NCBI GenBank assembly: GCA_032249575.1
Contig: JAVVHL010000068.1
Location: forward strand, 1 to 6,524
Reading direction: 5' to 3'
DNA length: 6,524 nucleotides
Source: Candidatus Calditenuis sp.
Lineage (GTDB): Archaea > Thermoproteota > Nitrososphaeria_A > Caldarchaeales > Calditenuaceae
The notes under the pieces are model-generated. The model was not told the origin of the DNA. It made no database searches and saw only the letters and a program-made list of their open reading frames with translations. Shown piece by piece: positions 4,554 through 6,524 of this stretch. Positions within the stretch are counted from its first letter, which is position 1, and every line of letters starts with the position of its first letter. The position numbers and the translations under genes were made by a program.

Positions 4554-5798
4554 TCATCTGACGTACTTCGCCAGCCTGAAGTGCAGAAGGCCGAAGGCGA
4601 GCCTCCCTGCAGCTGAGAGGAGATAAACCGGTATCATGGCAGATGCGACGTCCTCGGAGCCTCCGGAGAGCGCTTCGACCAGGAGGCCGCCGATCATCGA
4701 GCCTGTGAAGCTCGATAGTCCCTGGAGGACGTTGGCCACCGCGATGTACGTTGCCCTCCCCTCGACCGGAACCACTGCCAGCAAATAGACGGTCCTAGCG
4801 GTGTTCACCAGCGGGTAGATGGTGCCTGTCATGACGTTGATCGCGACCAGCACCGGAACGTTGGGTACGAGGCCGTATGCGAGCGGAACGGCCGTGAAGG
4901 CGACCCTCGACAGCGCCTGAAGCTCCACGAACCTCAGGAGGCCCAGCTGAGCCCTAGTGACTGCGTACATCGCGGCCATCGAGGCCAGGTCGCTGACGAC
5001 GTTGAGGGCGGCAATAACAGCGAGGTCGAGCTTCGCAACCCTGGTCACAGTGATCGTGAAGAGCGGCCAGGCGATCGACATGAAGAGGATGTAGAGCGTG
5101 TTCAGGAGGAGGAACTGGAAATAAGGAGCGTTGGCGGCTATCTCGTTGACCATCGAGAGGGACGGCCATCTCTTGGCCACCCTCTGCTCCCTGAAGCCCA
5201 ACAGCACTAGCGCCGACGCGAGCTCCGCGACCATCGCCACAGCAAAGCCGACGAGGTACCCGTTCAGCCCCATCAAGTGGACCGCAGCGACCAACGAAGT
5301 AGCAAGAGCAGCTCCCACCGTGCTCCAACTGTTGATCCTTACCGTCTCCTTCGTCCTCTCATCAGGTTCCGTCACGTCTGCTATCAGGGCCGTGAAGGTC
5401 GGAAGCGTCATCGAGTAGAAGGCGAACTTGACAGCCATCAGCAGCACGAACGCACTGGGTGAGCTTGTCATGAGAGCGAAGGGCCATAAAGCCGCAGAAA
5501 GGAGACCACCGATTATGAGGAAGGGCACCCTCCTCCCGACCGCGTCGGAAAAAGATCCCCATATGAGCTGGGCAGCGTTCGTCGTGAGGTTCATAGTGGC
5601 GTGGAGGAAACCGATCTCCGTCGGCGTCGCGCCCAGTTGGGCCGCGTAGACCGCTATGAATGGCTGCGATGAGCCCATAGCCACCGAAGACGCGAGGGAG
5701 TTGGCGTAGAGGGCCTTCGTCCTTCTCAACCCGCCCTGCCCTTCTCTGACCTTCTCAAAACCCCAGCACTGGTCATCACTTACATTATCGCGGCACAC
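4554..5798 (-). CDS. Major facilitator superfamily (MFS) transporter
   Basis: 414-aa maximal ORF (GTG 5798), hydrophobic throughout with about 12 predicted helices. The MFS motif A-like WGSFSDAVGRRVPFLI follows TM2. A TTG at 5727-5729 (MRRTKALYANSL..., 391 aa) is my preferred start. The A/T-rich promoter patch at 5779-5790 lies inside the longer ORF, and the long version leaves only 14 bp to the divergent gene. Confidence 0.85.
   Translation of the reverse strand: MCRDNVSDDQCWGFEKVREGQGGLRRTKALYANSLASSVAMGSSQPFIAVYAAQLGATPTEIGFLHATMNLTTNAAQLIWGSFSDAVGRRVPFLIIGGLLSAALWPFALMTSSPSAFVLLMAVKFAFYSMTLPTFTALIADVTEPDERTKETVRINSWSTVGAALATSLVAAVHLMGLNGYLVGFAVAMVAELASALVLLGFREQRVAKRWPSLSMVNEIAANAPYFQFLLLNTLYILFMSIAWPLFTITVTRVAKLDLAVIAALNVVSDLASMAAMYAVTRAQLGLLRFVELQALSRVAFTAVPLAYGLVPNVPVLVAINVMTGTIYPLVNTARTVYLLAVVPVEGRATYIAVANVLQGLSSFTGSMIGGLLVEALSGGSEDVASAMIPVYLLSAAGRLAFGLLHFRLAKYVR
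5779..5790. promoter_or_regulatory. A/T-rich patch CTTACATTATCG, a candidate TATA for the methyltransferase gene and possibly bidirectional for the MFS gene
   Basis: It is centred about 28 nt upstream of ATG 5813, the spacing expected for a leaderless mRNA. It is the only A/T-rich patch in the divergent start region. Confidence 0.35.
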
Positions 5799-5812
5799 CG
5801 CTTCTTCACCGG

Positions 5813-6508
5813 ATGTCAGGTCTCGGAGCTGACTGGGGAAGGGTCGAGGAGGCGCTCGCGGAGATCAGCGGATCCTATGACCGGATCAACCGGTTCGTCT
5901 CGCTCGGCTTCGACCTGAGGCTGCGGGAGAGGGCGCTCAGTCTCGTTGGTTGCGACGTCAACGGAAGGGCCCTCGATGCGGGGAGCGGTCCCGGCACCTT
6001 CTCGCACCTCGCGCTCAGGAGGTGGCGGAGGATTGACGTGATCGCCATGGAACCTCTGGACGTGATGGCCTCGCTCTCGAAGCGGAGGATCAAATCGGAG
6101 AGGTTCGACGTCGTCAGGGGAGTCTTCGAGCACATGCCCTTCAGGTCTGGCACGTTCGATCTGGTCTTGACCGGTTTCTCGATAAGGGATGCCATCGATT
6201 TCAGGGCCGCGCTCTCTGAGATCTGGAGGGTGATCAGGCAGGGCGGGAGATACGTGATCTGCGACATCGCGAAGCCCGATCGACCTCCTTTTAGGTTCGT
6301 CGTCTCGGCGTACTGGTTCCTGATCGCTCCTATCCTCGGCTTCCTTGCTGCAGGTCGGAGAGGGTTGAGGGTCTGGGACATCTACAGGACTTACAGGAGG
6401 TGGCCCGTGAAACGGAAGCTCATCGGGATGCTGCTCGAGTTCTTCGCGGTCGAGCGGAGCGAGGTGGCGATGCTGGGCGGTGCGTTGATCGCATCGTTCA
6501 GGAGATGA
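5813..6508 (+). CDS. Class I SAM-dependent methyltransferase, UbiE/MenG (demethylmenaquinone methyltransferase-like) family
   Basis: 231-aa ORF. SYDRINRFVSLGFDLRLRERAL resembles the UbiE N-terminal YD.mNd..S.G.hr.WR block. Other matches are SAM motif I ALDAGSGPGTF, the acidic-loop and post-I regions, GGRYVICDIAKP, and the C-terminal Y.F...P.lG....G...Y.Yl..s....P pattern. The specific substrate is not determinable from sequence. Confidence 0.8.
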   Translation: MSGLGADWGRVEEALAEISGSYDRINRFVSLGFDLRLRERALSLVGCDVNGRALDAGSGPGTFSHLALRRWRRIDVIAMEPLDVMASLSKRRIKSERFDVVRGVFEHMPFRSGTFDLVLTGFSIRDAIDFRAALSEIWRVIRQGGRYVICDIAKPDRPPFRFVVSAYWFLIAPILGFLAAGRRGLRVWDIYRTYRRWPVKRKLIGMLLEFFAVERSEVAMLGGALIASFRR

Positions 6509-6520
6509 CTTTCGTTCTTT
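6509..6520 (+). terminator. T-rich tract CTTTCGTTCTTT immediately after the methyltransferase stop codon (archaeal oligo-T terminator candidate)
   Basis: The pyrimidine/T-rich run begins 1 nt after TGA 6506-6508. Archaeal RNAP terminates at oligo-T tracts. The window ends at 6524, so the context is truncated. Confidence 0.3.
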
Positions 6521-6524
6521 GAAC

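Noticed and set aside
4954-6381. ORFs 4954..5328(-), 5131..5418(+), 5277..5462(+), 5362..5562(-), 5428..5649(+), 5816..6133(-) and 5875..6381(-).
   Set aside because: These are alternative-frame or antisense shadows inside the MFS and methyltransferase genes, with no recognisable motifs.
1-6524. A scan for tRNA T-loops (GTTCRAATC), C/D-box pairs, CRISPR-like spaced repeats, and transposase or integrase ORFs.
   Set aside because: I found none on either strand. The only tandem repeat is the in-frame 21-nt heptad array inside a CDS.

Overview
This is a GC-rich (roughly 60%) archaeal chromosomal segment. Gene content, AGG-dominated arginine codons and isolated A/T-rich TATA-like patches suggest a thermophilic Thermoproteota-type (crenarchaeal) genome, but that is inference only. 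All homology calls come from recognising family signatures in the translated ORFs. No database search was run.

Gene order:
- ribL-like FAD synthase (+)
- ribosomal proteins S6e and S24e (+, overlapping stop/start)
- Sua5-type threonylcarbamoyl-AMP synthase (-), converging on S24e with a 3-bp gap
- universal stress protein family gene (-)
- a 210-bp unassigned intergenic region with hairpin potential
- a coiled-coil (DUF3782-like) plus PD-(D/E)XK-like protein (-)
- an RHH-PaREP1 fusion protein (+), divergent from the previous gene
- an MFS transporter (-)
- a UbiE/MenG-family SAM methyltransferase (+), divergent from the MFS gene

The most interesting part is the divergent pair at 3115-4528. 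It combines a nuclease-fold protein whose coiled coil contains near-identical 21-nt heptad repeats with an RHH-fused, HEPN-like PaREP1 protein carrying an R-x4-H motif. The two genes share a palindrome-decorated control region. This is a candidate uncharacterised toxin-antitoxin or defence-like module sitting between housekeeping genes.

I saw no tRNA, rRNA, CRISPR array, transposase or integrase.
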